DNA of 63,712 nt, the filler included, from Octopus bimaculoides (lineage: Eukaryota): assembly GCF_001194135.2 (NCBI RefSeq). It is 6 parts of 6 records of this genome, joined end to end, with 100 filler letters (N's around TTAATTAATTAA, not from the genome) between each part and the next. Parts side by side here need not be neighbours in the genome. Positions count along the whole stretch, not along the records: positions 26,428 to 56,367 come from NC_068990.1; 5 more parts are not named here. The stretch is one strand, 5' to 3'. The notes below the pieces were generated by a model. That model saw nothing but the letters and a program-made list of their open reading frames with translations, was not told the origin of the DNA and ran no database searches. Shown in pieces: positions 39,994-52,455 of this stretch (position 1 is the first letter of the stretch; every line of letters starts with the position of its first letter). The position numbers and the translations under genes were made by a program.

Positions 39994-40169
39994 TTAAAGA
40001 GAAAGTGTCAAATAAAAAACAGAGCAAACTAGAATGACCTTCTCTTCTTCAGAGACATGAAATAAGTCAGACTCTTTGTCCTTGTTTCTAACACTAGAAG
40101 TAGTATAATCAATTGTAAGAAAAGATAAAATAAAATATCTGGTTCAAATTGTAAATTCACAATCAAAGT

Positions 40170-40610
40170 TTATCCATACATCATTCTGTGATGCACCGCA
40201 GTACATCGTCAGTGATTTTTCCAGGAGTCATTCGATATTTTGGGTCTTTCAACATCAGACGCCCTAACCCAGATGATCCAGCTGGGATGAATCAAGCCCC
40301 AACTCCAGTTGAGCTAGTATTATCCTTGGTAGCATTACCTCTTCCAGTACTCACATCTGATCTGCATCCACCTTGAGCTAACCTCTACTGCCTCCATAGC
40401 CAACCTAATGTCCTTCTGTCTATTGACTTCCGTGATATCAACCATGCTGTCAGCTCTGCAGAGGAACTGGCCTGCAAACCCTATGCATCGTACCACAATG
40501 GGAACACACCTCACTAGCCTTTCATTAGTATGGCATTGCTTCACTAGTTCAGCATCTTTACTCCTCTTAATCTCAATTTCCTCCTTGATGTTTCTTCCTA
40601 TTTAAATGTA
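40170..40610 (-). mobile_element. HERO-like (REL-endonuclease) non-LTR retrotransposon 3' fragment
   Basis: EIEIKRSKDAELVKQCHTNERLVRCVPIVVRCIGFAGQFLCRADSMVDITEVNRQKDIRLAMEAVEVSSRWMQIR fits the recalled HERO C-terminus (RK..KY.ELV..C..GW...C.P.EVGCRGF.G.S..R....LGI.G..RR.AI....EAAE..SRWLW.RR). The 3' UTR ..ggttagggcgtctgatgttgaaagacccaaaa.. also fits. Confidence 0.7.
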
Positions 40611-41707
40611 ACACTGCTTCTATGAACTTATTTTGAAGCAGACATTTCCTTTCTCCTGTTTTGGCCTTATAACATTGCACCCTACCTTCTAGATCCCATG
40701 ACATTCATTCAGATTCTCAATTCCTATCAATATCATTCTTTCCAACTAAAAAATAACCATCTGATGCTACAGGACCAATCTTACTCTTCTAAAATGAGAG
40801 AAAGTCACTGCAGTTCCTGTTCTATTTTTAATTCTTAGACTAAAAGAATTAAACTGTATTTTATAACTTTTATAAAATTATTTTCTGCTCTTTTTTTTTT
40901 ATTACTTTGTGTCATATCATTTTGGTTTTTATTATTGCAATTTTATATTGAAATATTTCAAGGGAGTGCTGATTTAGACTGAAAAATGTTTATTTTGAGA
41001 TTAGGCTTGTGCTTTCTTTTTCTAAACCGTCATCAGTTACAGATATGGATTGAGTGAAAAGTTGTTAAGTATGAATAATGAGAAATATCTAGACTAATTT
41101 CTCTTCGTTATTAATCAGACTTTAAAGATGATAAAAAGAAAAAATAGTAAACTAACTGCAATTGTGACAAGGTCATATTCCCATATTTGTATTCCCTCTC
41201 CTAATGCAGTACCATATTTTAATATAATTTATGAGTTTTATCAAATCTTCAAACATTGTTTTCTTAATTTAGATACAATTTCTCAAAATTTTAAAGCCTT
41301 ATTTGCTATATTTGTTTTGTATTTGTTTGAATTTTTAAAAAATTTCTTTTTTTAAAAATTAAATATTTTACTCACTTTAATTAAACTTCTGAGTTCTCAC
41401 TATTTTCTGAGAAGTGATTGCAAAGCTATTTATCAAATTTGTTTTTCTTCATTCTTATCTGCAATGCTTTTACATAAATGAAAACAATTCAGATGAGAAT
41501 CAGAAAAGTTTGATAAATTGTTCAAAATTGATTGTATTTGAAAAATTATTATTATTTTTTTTTTAAGGAGAGAGAGAGAGAATGAGAGAAAGATACAGAG
41601 AGAGAGAGAGAGAGAGAAAGAGATGAAGAAAATGGAGACAAAACATTAAAACATTATTATATTCCTTGATGATAATCTTGTTTTTGTTTGTTTTTTACCT
41701 TTTGTAG

Positions 41708-41899
41708 ATTGCAGCAACACTGAATTAGTCAATGATAGATGGGGAGGTTTAATCCAGAGTCCAGAATATCCTTTAAAATATAAACCAGTTACACATTGTG
41801 AATGGCAAATCCAAGCATCTTCAAACAATAGTAAAATTTTACTTCAGTTTACAGTTTTTAAATTAGAAGGCCCAAGTAGTCTAGACCAAAAGGAAAACA
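41708..41899 (+). CDS. Internal exon: N-terminal half of the next CUB domain (phase 1 to phase 1)
   Basis: Acceptor ttttacctttgtag| and donor aaaca|gtgagt. Length 192 nt. G|AT joins the previous exon in frame: DCSNTELVNDRWGGLIQSPEYPLKYKPVTHCEWQIQASSNNSKILLQFTVFKLEGPSSLDQKEN, matching the CUB pattern C...GG.I.SP.YP..Y.....C.W.I......I.L.F..F.LE. Confidence 0.93.
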
Positions 41900-42014
41900 G
41901 TGAGTATTTTTTCTTGATATTATTAATATTATTATTATTATTATTGTTATTATTATTAATATTGAAAGCAGTTAGCAGGCAGAATTATTACTGCATCAAA
42001 AAAATGCTTTGCAG

Positions 42015-42176
42015 CATTTTTTTTTTTTTTTTTTACATTCTGAGTTCAAATTCTGCCATGGTCAACTTTGACTTCTATGTTTTCAGACTCAATGTACCAG
42101 TCAAATACTGTGGTCTATGAAATCGAATATCCCCTTCTCTCCTATATTTCAGGCCTTGTGCCTATAGTAGAAGGAA
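42015..42176 (+). mobile_element. SINE family C, 3' part
   Basis: acattctgagttcaaattctgccatggtcaactttg...tttcaggccttgtgcctatagtagaaggaatt. Confidence 0.8.
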
Positions 42177-42730
42177 TTATTATTATTATTATTTCTTTTT
42201 TATCACAGGTTTTGTTGCAGCTCCTGGAGTCTTGCATGTGTAACAGGCTTGCTGCCTGCAGCCTATGGTATAATGCTATCCATTCTTTTCAACCATCTAA
42301 TACTTTCCTGATTATACTGGCCATGCCAAGGAGGCAAACCTTTTATAACAGTTCTATTGGGCACTCTATTCCTTGATATCCCTCTTGATGCTTTCTGATA
42401 CTGTTCCCAAAGACCCAACAATGATTGGCACTGTCTTCACTTTCTTCATTTTCCATAGCTGGGCTAATTCATGCTCAAGAGGGTTGTACCCTTCGGTCTT
42501 TTCGCCTTCCTTCTTGACTATTCAAGGATCAAAGGGGCATGCAATATCAATAATATGGCACGTGTGGCATCTTGTCAACTATCACTAGGTCTGGTTTGTT
42601 ATGCTCTAGCAGTTCGGATTGGGAAATCCCAGAGGATTTTACTAGTCTCCAATGCTGCCACTTTCTGTGGTTTGTGCTCATACCACATCTTGCTTCTCTC
42701 TAGCACCCACTTTTCGCACAGTTTCAAATT
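42177..42730 (-). mobile_element. R4/Dong-type LINE 3' fragment (REL endonuclease domain) with (TAA)n tail
   Basis: WYEHKPQKVA..ETSKILWDFPIRT..LEHNKPDLVIVDK..CHIIDIACPFDP*IVKKEGEK..Y..L..ELAQLWKMKKVKTVPIIVGSLG..VCLLGMASIIRKVLDG* contains the PD..D...KE.EK..Y REL signature, with frameshifts. Confidence 0.85.
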
Positions 42731-42737
42731 ATTTATG

Positions 42738-42770
<33 letters not shown>

Positions 42771-43330
42771 GAGTGAGAGAGCAGTGCATGCCATCAAAGT
42801 GACACTGGGGTAAAATATACGAAGCCCAGTATACCCATCATGACTACCCATCTGATAAGGGTACACCAGGCACATGCATCACAACCATATGTGCGCGATA
42901 TAATGGTCTCATATCAAGATAAACAGCGCAGGACCTCGCAGGTGGGGCCCAGTTAGAATTTTCTTCAGGTCGAGTAGCCCATACCGCTCAAAAGTTCCCT
43001 GAATAAGGTTTGTTTAAAGATGTTGAGCAAAACACCCATGTTTCCAAAGGTGAATTATCCAAACCCCAAAGAATTCCTCTCAACACATGGCTATGATGCT
43101 CCCCCACTACTTCTGCTCATGATCAGATATGCACATATCGTCAGCCACCAAGGGACATGCTCAACTGCTTAAGGTCAAACAACTGACAAGCAAATCTGTG
43201 ATATTGAGAAGAATATTTGTTGTATTTGCCCATCTTTTTATACCAAGACAAAACAATGTACATAATAACACTTCCAATCAATTAAGAGCAGAAGCCATGA
43301 GAGCCACTGCCTGGTACTGCATCCGGGCAT
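42771..43330 (-). mobile_element. Element D, copy 2
   Basis: Colinear with copies 1 and 3; (TTA)n at 42737-42770 and 43333-43397. Confidence 0.88.
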
Positions 43331-43347
43331 AATAATAATTATTATTA

Positions 43348-43397
<50 letters not shown>

Positions 43398-43659
43398 GCG
43401 GTGAGCGGGCAGAATCATTAGAATGCCAACAAAAATGTACAAAGCCTGAAATTTTAGAGGAGTGGGCTCATCAATTACATCAGTCCTAGGGCTTGAATGG
43501 TACTTATTTTATTGACCCCCACCAAAAAACATAAAAGCAAAGTCTGCCTCAGTGGAATTTGAACTCAGAATGTAAGGACAGACAAAATGCCGCTAAGCAT
43601 TTTGCTTTGCCCAGGGTATTAACAATTCTGCCAGCTCACAACCTTATTAATAATAATCA

Positions 43660-43680
43660 TTGTCATCATCATCATTATTG

Positions 43681-43724
<44 letters not shown>

Positions 43725-43806
43725 GTCATCTTTGGTGTCATCATCATTGACATCATCATCATTATCATCATCATCTTTATCATCATCATCTTTATCATCG
43801 TCATCA
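43660..43806 (+). repeat. (CAT)n microsatellite
   Basis: Direct reading. Confidence 0.9.
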
Positions 43807-43874
43807 TATAAGCTGTAGAATAATCAGTGATCTAGTTAAACTATCTTCTTCAAGTAGTATAATAAAAATGATGA

Positions 43875-44180
43875 TAGGGCATTAAACTCACGATCATAAG
43901 GTCATGAGTTCGATTCCCAGTGGTGTGTTGTGTCCTTGAGCAAAACACTTTACTTCACGTTGCTCCAGTCCACTCAGCTAGCAAAAGTGAGTATTACCTG
44001 TATTTCAAAGGGCTAGCCTTGTCACACTCTGTGTGTCACGCTGAGTCTCCCTGGAAACTACGTTAGGGGTACACGTGTCTGTGGATTGCTCAGTCACTTG
44101 CACGTTAATTTTACGAGCAGGCTGTTCCATTGATCGGATCAGCTGGGATCCTCATCGTCATAACCGATGGAATGCTCCTT
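43875..44180 (+). mobile_element. SINE with CORE-like centre and a tail shared with the 35.8-kb family B copy
   Basis: gagttcgattcccagtggtgtgttgtgtccttgagcaaaacactttacttcacgttgctccagtccactcagc...cacttgcacgttaattttacgagcaggctgttcc. Confidence 0.8.
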
Positions 44181-44861
44181 TTTAGTTAAACTATAATCTG
44201 TCTCATTTAAATCATCTGTGTTTGATATACATATGACTGTCATGCAATCTAATCTGCATCTTCCATAAACACGTGGCCTTTTGTTTAAACAGAAGGCTAT
44301 GCCTCATTAATCTAGTGAGTTAGTGAAAAATGGCCCTCAAATAGAAGAGATAGAACAATGAAAATTCTGACAATTTAGCCCTTGATGCAGATTTCATTTG
44401 CAGTTATAGGCTTGTTTTATGTATGTTATCTCTGTTATCAACTTTGTTGTATTTTGGGAGGGTCATTACACCAAAAACGAACACACACACTGGTTCAGTT
44501 TCACTCTATTATTAGTGAATTTGTTAGGTATTTAATTAACTAATTAATGGATTGGTTGCTTAATCAGTTGTTTGACAAAATACTTTTTTTGCCATTTGCA
44601 TTCTATATGGCACCAGTATGGATACTTATTATGTGGCACCAGCATGATGACACAGCATCCACAAGGTCACCAAATAGTTTGCAAGAGAAAGACTTGTCAG
44701 CTGAAAAAGAAGGAGTGGAACTGAGAGAAGGGGGCTATGTGCCAGGTGAGAAGTTCGAGGGACTGATGGAAATAATAATATCAATTGAGTCAACCCGCAA
44801 TATTTTACTTAATATTTTCTTATCAACTATAAAGGAATGAAATGCAAAAATTCAAAATTAA

Positions 44862-45081
44862 CCCTTTAACATTTAAACCAGCCATATCCAGCACACATAT
44901 TCTACCTGTTTTATGTTCAAATTGGCCAGACCTAGTCTCTCAAACCTACTCTACAATCTCGTTCTAAAAATAAACAATCACATCTTTGAAATCTCAAAGC
45001 TATGAGATAATACAGGATTAATTTTATAAAATGTGAATATATAAGTATAACACTTGACAAAGTAATCTGAATGCTAAAGGG
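44862..45081. mobile_element. piggyBac-type MITE, 220 bp
   Basis: TTAA at 44858-44861 and 45082-45085; TIRs ccctttaacattt / gaatgctaaaggg (11/13). Confidence 0.75.
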
Positions 45082-46694
45082 TTAAACTTATGGGATTTGA
45101 ATCGAAATTCCTCAAATAATAAACAATATACTGTAAAATATTCAATCTAAATCTTTATGGTTTATGTTGTTTTCACTGACCTTATAAAACTATAAGAATA
45201 ATTTCTTTTGAACAGGCGCAAGATCAGCTTTTAGCTTTGCAGGAGAAGGGAGTAGTTCTTTGAATTTAGATATCGAGTCTGGAGAGATGAAAGTTAAAAA
45301 TCGACAGACCTCCACTTGGGATTTGTAATGAAACCAATAAGGTACCTCATGAAACGCTATAAAGTATAGCTTGGCGCACTATTGTCTCAGCTATCTCTAC
45401 CACACTTTCATATCGACTGTAGCTATGTTTATTAGTGATAGCAATGATGTCATAGTACAGCAAGAGGGTAGAAAGTAGCCACAAAGTCTAATGACTCTCT
45501 TTTGGTAAAAATCAATGAAGAAAGCTATAAAATCTGCAGCAATTATTTATTTTGCAAAGAAAAAGAAGAGAGTAAAAGTAAAAAGTAAAGGTGGGAGGAA
45601 GAGGAGGGGCAGGATATTGTTATAATTTAACTCACTGATAGGACATTTTATTTAGATAAGTCTGTTTGTTACTCTCCAGTTTGTTTTTAGTTGGGGTTTT
45701 TTTTCATATAAATTACCGATCTTTGAAATAGTTTAACGATTTATTATCATTTATTTATTTTTTATTTATTTTTTTTTTACCAAACATAAAATGTATATTC
45801 AATGAATTTGCGGCGTTTGTAATAGTAATTTAGATATCTCATTTTTTTTTTTTTATATTTTTACATCAGGTATATTTGGAGTGGTGTTATAAATAACATG
45901 AACAACATCACTTTTGCACACACACACACACACACACATATATGCATATACATGTATATATGTATATGTGTATATATGTATACAAAGATGTGTGTGTATA
46001 TATATATATATATGTATATGTGTGTGTATACATATAATATACATGTATGTGTGCGTGTGTATATATATATAAATATATATACATATATATGTATATATAT
46101 ACATATATATACATATATATATACATACATATATATTCATATATATATACATAGCCTCATCACTCTTTAGATTCAAGTAAGGAAGTCTTTATCAGAAATC
46201 TGAACAAAAATGAAGGGATAAGCATAATTTGTGACTTTATCCCCTTTTTCATTTTTACTCATTCACACACATCTGTCTACTCTTTCATTTATACTTTCAT
46301 TCACTCTCACCATTAACCTCCTTTTATTCACTTATTAATTGACTTCTCTAATCATGTAAATACTCCTTCATTAATTTTTTTCACTCACTCATTTTGTACA
46401 TTCATTCATTTTCACAATAAGCTTCTTGTTTTATTCACTCAGTAATTCGTTTTTCTCATCATCTAGTTTCTCCATCATTCATTCTTTCTCCAAATTACAT
46501 GTTCCTTTCTATGATCAATCACCTACCTCCTCATTTACTCATTCGCTCATCACCTCATTGTTTCATTCAATTAATTACAAACAACTACTCATCAATTCAC
46601 TTGCCCTACCCATGCCTCATTCCCATTTCCTTAGGCTCACAATTTCTCAACAAACTCAGTTTTATTTCATATACTAATTTTTGCCCTCTACAGC

Positions 46695-47115
46695 CACAGA
46701 CGTGGCTGTGTGGTAAGAATTTTGCTTCCCAACCACATGGTTCCCAGTTCAATCCCACTACATGGCAACTTGGGCAAGTGTCTTCTACTGTAGCCTCAAG
46801 TCAGCCAACACCTTGTGAGTGGATTTGGTCGACAGAAACTGAAAGAAGCATGTTACACACACACTCACACACACACACATATATGTCTGTCTGTATGTCT
46901 GTGCATCTTTGTGTCCATGTTTGTCTCCCCACTTGGCATCTAGTGTTGATGTGTTTATATCTCCTATAACTTAGCAGTTCAGCAAAAGAGACTGACTGAA
47001 TAGGTACCAGGCTTTAAAAGAATAAGAGCTGGGGGTGAGGTTGGGATCAATTCATTTGACTAAAATTCTCCAATGTGGTGCCACAGCATGGCTGTAGTCT
47101 AATGATTGAAATAAG
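46695..47115 (+). mobile_element. Full-length SINE family A with CpG decay
   Basis: cagacgtggctgtgtggtaagaattttgcttcccaaccacatgg...ccacagcatggctgtagtctaatgattgaaataagt. Confidence 0.85.
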
Positions 47116-48096
47116 TAGGGCAGATAGCTAGAATTGTTTAGTGGCATTTCATTTGGCTTGTTACACTTTACTTTCTTGGTTCAAATTTTGATGAGATTGA
47201 CATTGCTTTTCGTCATTTTGACGGGTCAAAACATGAAGAGTAAGTCAAGTACTGAGTTTCATGTGACTGACTTGCTTCTTCCACTTCAAAACTGCTGGCC
47301 TTGTACCAAAATTAAAAAGAACTATTTGCTTTCTATCTCAGTCATACAACTACTCACAGAATCTCCTTGAGATTAATTGATTTCTTAAATGTTTTGTTTT
47401 AAATCCAGTGTAGCAGAGATTTGCTCATAAGTGCAGTAAATAATTATTAATTCTTTTAATGTCAATGCTTTAAAAATGCTTTTAAAAGAATAATAACAAC
47501 AACAACAGCAACAAACAGCTAAAATATTTGTTCAACAATCTATAGTTAATTAAATGCTGTTAAGCAGATAATATTTTGAAAGGTATTTTAAATGCTTATT
47601 TTCATTTTAAATAATAATAAATAATAGCTAAATTCATATATTTTTCTTATATATATGTATATTTTAGCATCAATTAAAAAAATAAAAACAAAAATTTCAA
47701 AAGTTCAAAGGAAGTGCACAACACGTAGAGATATTGCAAAAAATGCACACTGCACTTCATATATTCCAGTTGCATGTTACAACTTCAAACCTGAGTTATA
47801 CTATTAAGAATTTCTGTAAAATTGAATAAATGAAAGGATACAATAATGAAAGGATTTGGGTACATATGTGTATGTGTGAGTATGCATGAGTGTTTATACA
47901 CACACACACACACACATCTGTTTACACACACATGCTTATATATATANNNNNNNNNNNNNNNNNNNNNNNNNNNNNNNNNNNNNNNNNNNNNNNNNNNNNN
48001 NNNNNNNNNNNNNNNNNNNNNNNNNNNNNNNNNNNNNNNNNNNNNNNNNNNNNNNNNNNNNNNNNNNNNNNNNACATATATATATATATATATATA

Positions 48097-48720
48097 CAGG
48101 GTGCAGGGAATATATTGTTGTCCATATTACGCAAAAATGAAAATAAACTGACATCTCATTTCAACAGATATATTTACCAAGATTACATAAAAATATCTTG
48201 AAATACCAAAAAATAAATTTATTCAATAAAATCGTCATTGGCTTCAACCACGGCCTCTAGACAACTTTGGAATCTCCTGAAACTCTTCTGAATGGCCTCC
48301 TTGTTTAAGTCTGTGAATGCTGCCACAATCCTTTGCCTTCAGTTCATTTTTGGTGTTACAAGAAGTTCTGTTGGTCTCTTGCTCAAAGGTGTTCCACACA
48401 TAATAATCAAGGGGGTTGCAGCCTAGGGAGTTAGGTGGCCAGATAATGTGGTCACAAAAATTGTCTGACAGCCATGACTGGGTTCTCTTACTTGCTTGGC
48501 ATGGTGCAAAATCCTGTTGCCAAACATAGGGTCTTCCAGCAACCACCCTCTTGACCCAGGGCACCACTACCTCCTCCAGGCACTTGATGTAGGCCTCCAT
48601 GTGGGAAAATGAATAGAGGCATAATGTTGCCATCACTAGTGATCACTCGAAATACGATGATGTTGACAAGATGCTTGATTTTTATCACATTCGGTACATA
48701 TTTTGTCAAGAGACTACCAA
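48097..48720 (-). mobile_element. Tc1/mariner-superfamily (probably maT/DD37D-like) transposon remnant: catalytic domain plus one TIR
   Basis: KHLVNIIVFRVITSDGNIMPLFIFPHG..YIKCLEEVVVPWVKRVVAGRPYVWQQDFAPC..WPPNSLGCNPLDYYVW; terminal TA|CAGGGTG at 48095-48103. Confidence 0.85.
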
Positions 48721-49114
48721 ACAGGCAAGCAAGTAACAAACAAGATAATTGTGTTGCATAGTCCAATATCTGTGGATGCTCTTGTGACTTCTTGGATTGC
48801 AGTGAAATGGAGATATATGGTTGCAGGTCAGGCAAGGAACACTGTTTTGGAATGGGAGTAGATGCCTTTCTGCGCATCTCATGGTGTAATCTGAGATGCC
48901 GCATACACCAGTTTGCCAGAAAGTCATTTGCTACCTTAATGCATAGGTTGTGCCACCTGGCCCAGTTAGGTGCAGTACACACCAAAGTGCAGAGAGGGTT
49001 GAGTTTAGCATGCACAGACACACACACATGCACACACAGAAATACTTCTGGTCATGTGCATATACAAAGTAATAAACTGTCAATAGTATATCTCTATCTA
49101 ATTTATCTTTATAT

Positions 49115-49189
49115 ATAATTGATATGTATATGTAATATATATATGTGTGTGCGTGTGTATGTGTATGTATATGTGTATATATATATAAC

Positions 49190-49274
<85 letters not shown>

Positions 49275-49453
49275 TTATATATATATATAATATATGTATA
49301 TATGTGTATATATGTATATTTAATATATGTATATTTAATATATGTATATTTAATATATGTATATATTATATATATGTATATGTAATATATATGTATATGT
49401 AATATACATATATAAAAATGTATATATATATGTGTATATATGTATATACATAC

Positions 49454-49490
<37 letters not shown>

Positions 49491-49555
49491 TAATTACATA
49501 CATACATAAATACAGATTGATACATAGATATACATAGATACACACACACACACAC
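49115..49555 (+). repeat. Compound (TA)n/(TATG)n satellite with a 15-bp unit atatgtatatttaat repeated three times
   Basis: Direct reading. Confidence 0.9.
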
Positions 49556-50153
49556 AAAAATGAAGACACAGACAGAGCTCTAGTTATTTTTAATGAAAAA
49601 TAATTAGTATTTGTGTGGTGGGGTTTATATCAGCATGAAGTGAACAAAAACTGGTAATGAGTTATCTCTTTTCATACCATTCTCTACTTTTGATTTTGCA
49701 TTTTATGAGATCAATGAAAACGAAATACCACATAAAATACTGGGGTCAAAATAATTGAATAAAACCCTTGAAGTTGATACGCCTACATGGCTGCAGTCCA
49801 ATGATTGAAACCAGCAAAGAAGAAGAAAAAAAAATGGGATCAATGCTTTTTATCTGTACAGAGTCAATAATATGATCAGAGATATTATACTGACGTTGAT
49901 TCAGTTGAATCAACCAACTCCCCTATGTCACTTTTGGCTCTCGACCAAAAATAAGAAATCAATTTTCCTCAGAATTTTTTAAGTTACCATTACAAACCAA
50001 GTAATGTTTTTTGATTTGGAAAAGAACAAAAAAGCTTCGTATTTACCTAGTCAAGCTTATCATCATCATCATCAGCAGCATCATCATCATTTAATGCCCA
50101 TGCTCCATGGTAGCATTGGTTGAACACTAATATATGGCTGTCTTTTTGGAACG

Positions 50154-50184
<31 letters not shown>

Positions 50185-50238
50185 ATATATATATATATAT
50201 ATATGCATGCATATATGCAAGTATGTGTGTCTATATGC

Positions 50239-50289
<51 letters not shown>

Positions 50290-50372
50290 CATGTGTATAT
50301 ACCTGTTCACATATGTTATTGAATGACAAGAGAAATAGTATATCTATACGTACATTTTATATATATACATAT

Positions 50373-50410
<38 letters not shown>

Positions 50411-50654
50411 NNNNNNNNNNNNNNNNNNNNNNNNNNNNNNNNNNNNNNNNNNNNNNNNNNNNNNNNNNNNNNNNNNNNNNNNNNNNNNNNNNNNNNNNNN
50501 NNNNNNNNNNNNNNNNNNNNNNNNNNNNNNNNNNNNNNNNNNNNNNNNNNNNNNNNNNNNNNNNNNNNNNNNNNNNNNNNNNNNNNNNNNNNNNNNNNNN
50601 NNNNGGGAGAGAGAGAGAGAGGGAGAGAGAGAGAGAGGGAGAGAGAGAGAGAGG

Positions 50655-50790
50655 AAGGGCATCCAGCTGTAGAAACCTTGCCAGATTGGATTGGAGCCCA
50701 GTGCAGCCTTCTAGCTTACCAGCCCTCAGTCAAACCGTCCAACCCATGCCAGCATGGAAAGCAGACGTTAAATGACAACGATGATGATGA
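50655..50790 (+). mobile_element. Family E 3' end
   Basis: gggcatccagctgtagaaaccttgcc...ccaacccatgccagcatggaaagcagacgttaaatgacaacgatgatgatg. Confidence 0.8.
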
Positions 50791-51184
50791 TATGTACATT
50801 TTATATGTATATGTATGTATGTATATATATATACATATATAAATATAATGTATATATAGATATACTATGTCTCTTGTCATTCAATAATATACGTGAACAG
50901 GTATATACACATGCATATATATTTAGATAGATAGTTAGATAGATAGATAGATACACACATACATACAATCCATACAGATATCAGTCTGTCAACAAAGAGA
51001 AAGGTAGTACTAAATACATGGTACACAGCATATTGTTTATTGAAACTGAATTATTTTCCTTGCAAACTGAGTTTGATATCACCGCATTCAATGTTTCTGT
51101 TTGATATTTGTTCTGGTTTATGTATATTGGGAAAGGTTAGGATTAGGGTTTCTTGTGTTTTGTTTTTGTTTATGCTTTTTTTCA

Positions 51185-51725
51185 TCGGGATCCTTTGAGA
51201 AAGCAATATTCAATAAAGCAGCACCATGCTACAATGAACCCCTGAAAGTGAGTGGGTTACAAAAATTTGAATACTTATCCAAAATCTCACAAACAAGCCA
51301 TAAACTAAAGAAGACCATAAAGAAGGAATGACACCAGGTGAAACCTGCCCATTAGCCTAAATGTAGGGAGCAAAGTGACAAGACACTTTCTTAATATGAT
51401 TCACCAAGAAACTCTTTAATAAATCAAAAAAAAAAAAAACACAAGCTACTGTATAGAAACAACATGAAAGTTAGCTACAGCTGCACAAAGATAAAACAAA
51501 CAAAACATCCTATCTAAGTCATAAGCAAATACATATGTTAAAACTCACAACCGCAGCCAAAACGGATACAACTGCAATGAATCCAGTCATCATCTTTAAA
51601 GTGGAAATAATCAAAAATGTAATCTGCATGACTGCAATATTACAAGGAGGGTAAGCTATCAAAAAATAAATTGGAGTCCCAAACAATATTTTCAAGGCCA
51701 GATGTACATGACATATACACACCTT

Positions 51726-51762
<37 letters not shown>

Positions 51763-52147
51763 NNNNNNNNNNNNNNNNNNNNNNNNNNNNNNNNNNNNNN
51801 NNNNNNNNNNNNNNNNNNNNNNNNNNNNNNNNNNNNNNNNNNNNNNNNNNNNNNNNNNNNNNNNNNNNNNNNNNNNNNNNNNNNNNNNNNNNNNNNNNNN
51901 NNNNNNNNNNNNNNNNNNNNNNNNNNNNNNNNNNNNNNNNNNNNNNNNNNNNNNNNNNNNNNNNNNNNNNNNNNNNNNNNNNNNNNNNNNNNNNNNNNNT
52001 AGAGAAAAGAACCAAGGTTCACGAACTCATCGAGGCAAATCCACTCTCACATATATATTTTATACTGTGAAACTTAATTTAATTTTAATTTTTAATAAAT
52101 TGAATTTAATTGAGTTTTTACCTGTAAATTTGGATTTTTATCCTTAA

Positions 52148-52212
<65 letters not shown>

Positions 52213-52455
52213 GTATACCCAGATATTAGTACAAATACAACATCTCTGTCAATGTATATCTGGGATTTAAAAGAGAATATTATAAATATCAACTGGACAA
52301 TAATAGGTAGCACCAACACTTACATAAATTATTCCATGATGTGCCCCCTATACACTAATGAAAAGTATAATATACCACTGCACCTAACATGCTTGCTCAT
52401 CAAGGGAACAAAATTGGTATCATGCTGTGAAACCCATGATAAATTTGCTTTTTAG
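51185..52455 (+). mobile_element. Decayed Penelope-like element (RT thumb/linker plus GIY-YIG endonuclease), interrupted by (TA)n, a gap and (TTA)n
   Basis: FEKAIFNKAAPCYNEPLKVSG..SLNVGSKVTRHFLNMI..HKLLYRNNMKVSYSC..YNCN..NVIC.TA...K*IG..N.FKARC.*H.HTF..NTTSLSMYIWDLKE..INWTII..Y..CPLYTNEKY..LLIKGTKLVSCCETHDKFAF*: motifs in the order expected for Penelope-type ORFs. Confidence 0.8.

Noticed and set aside
51519-51730. Apparent two-TM hydrophobic peptide on the minus strand
   Set aside because: It is the antisense reading of the A-rich Penelope GIY-YIG region.
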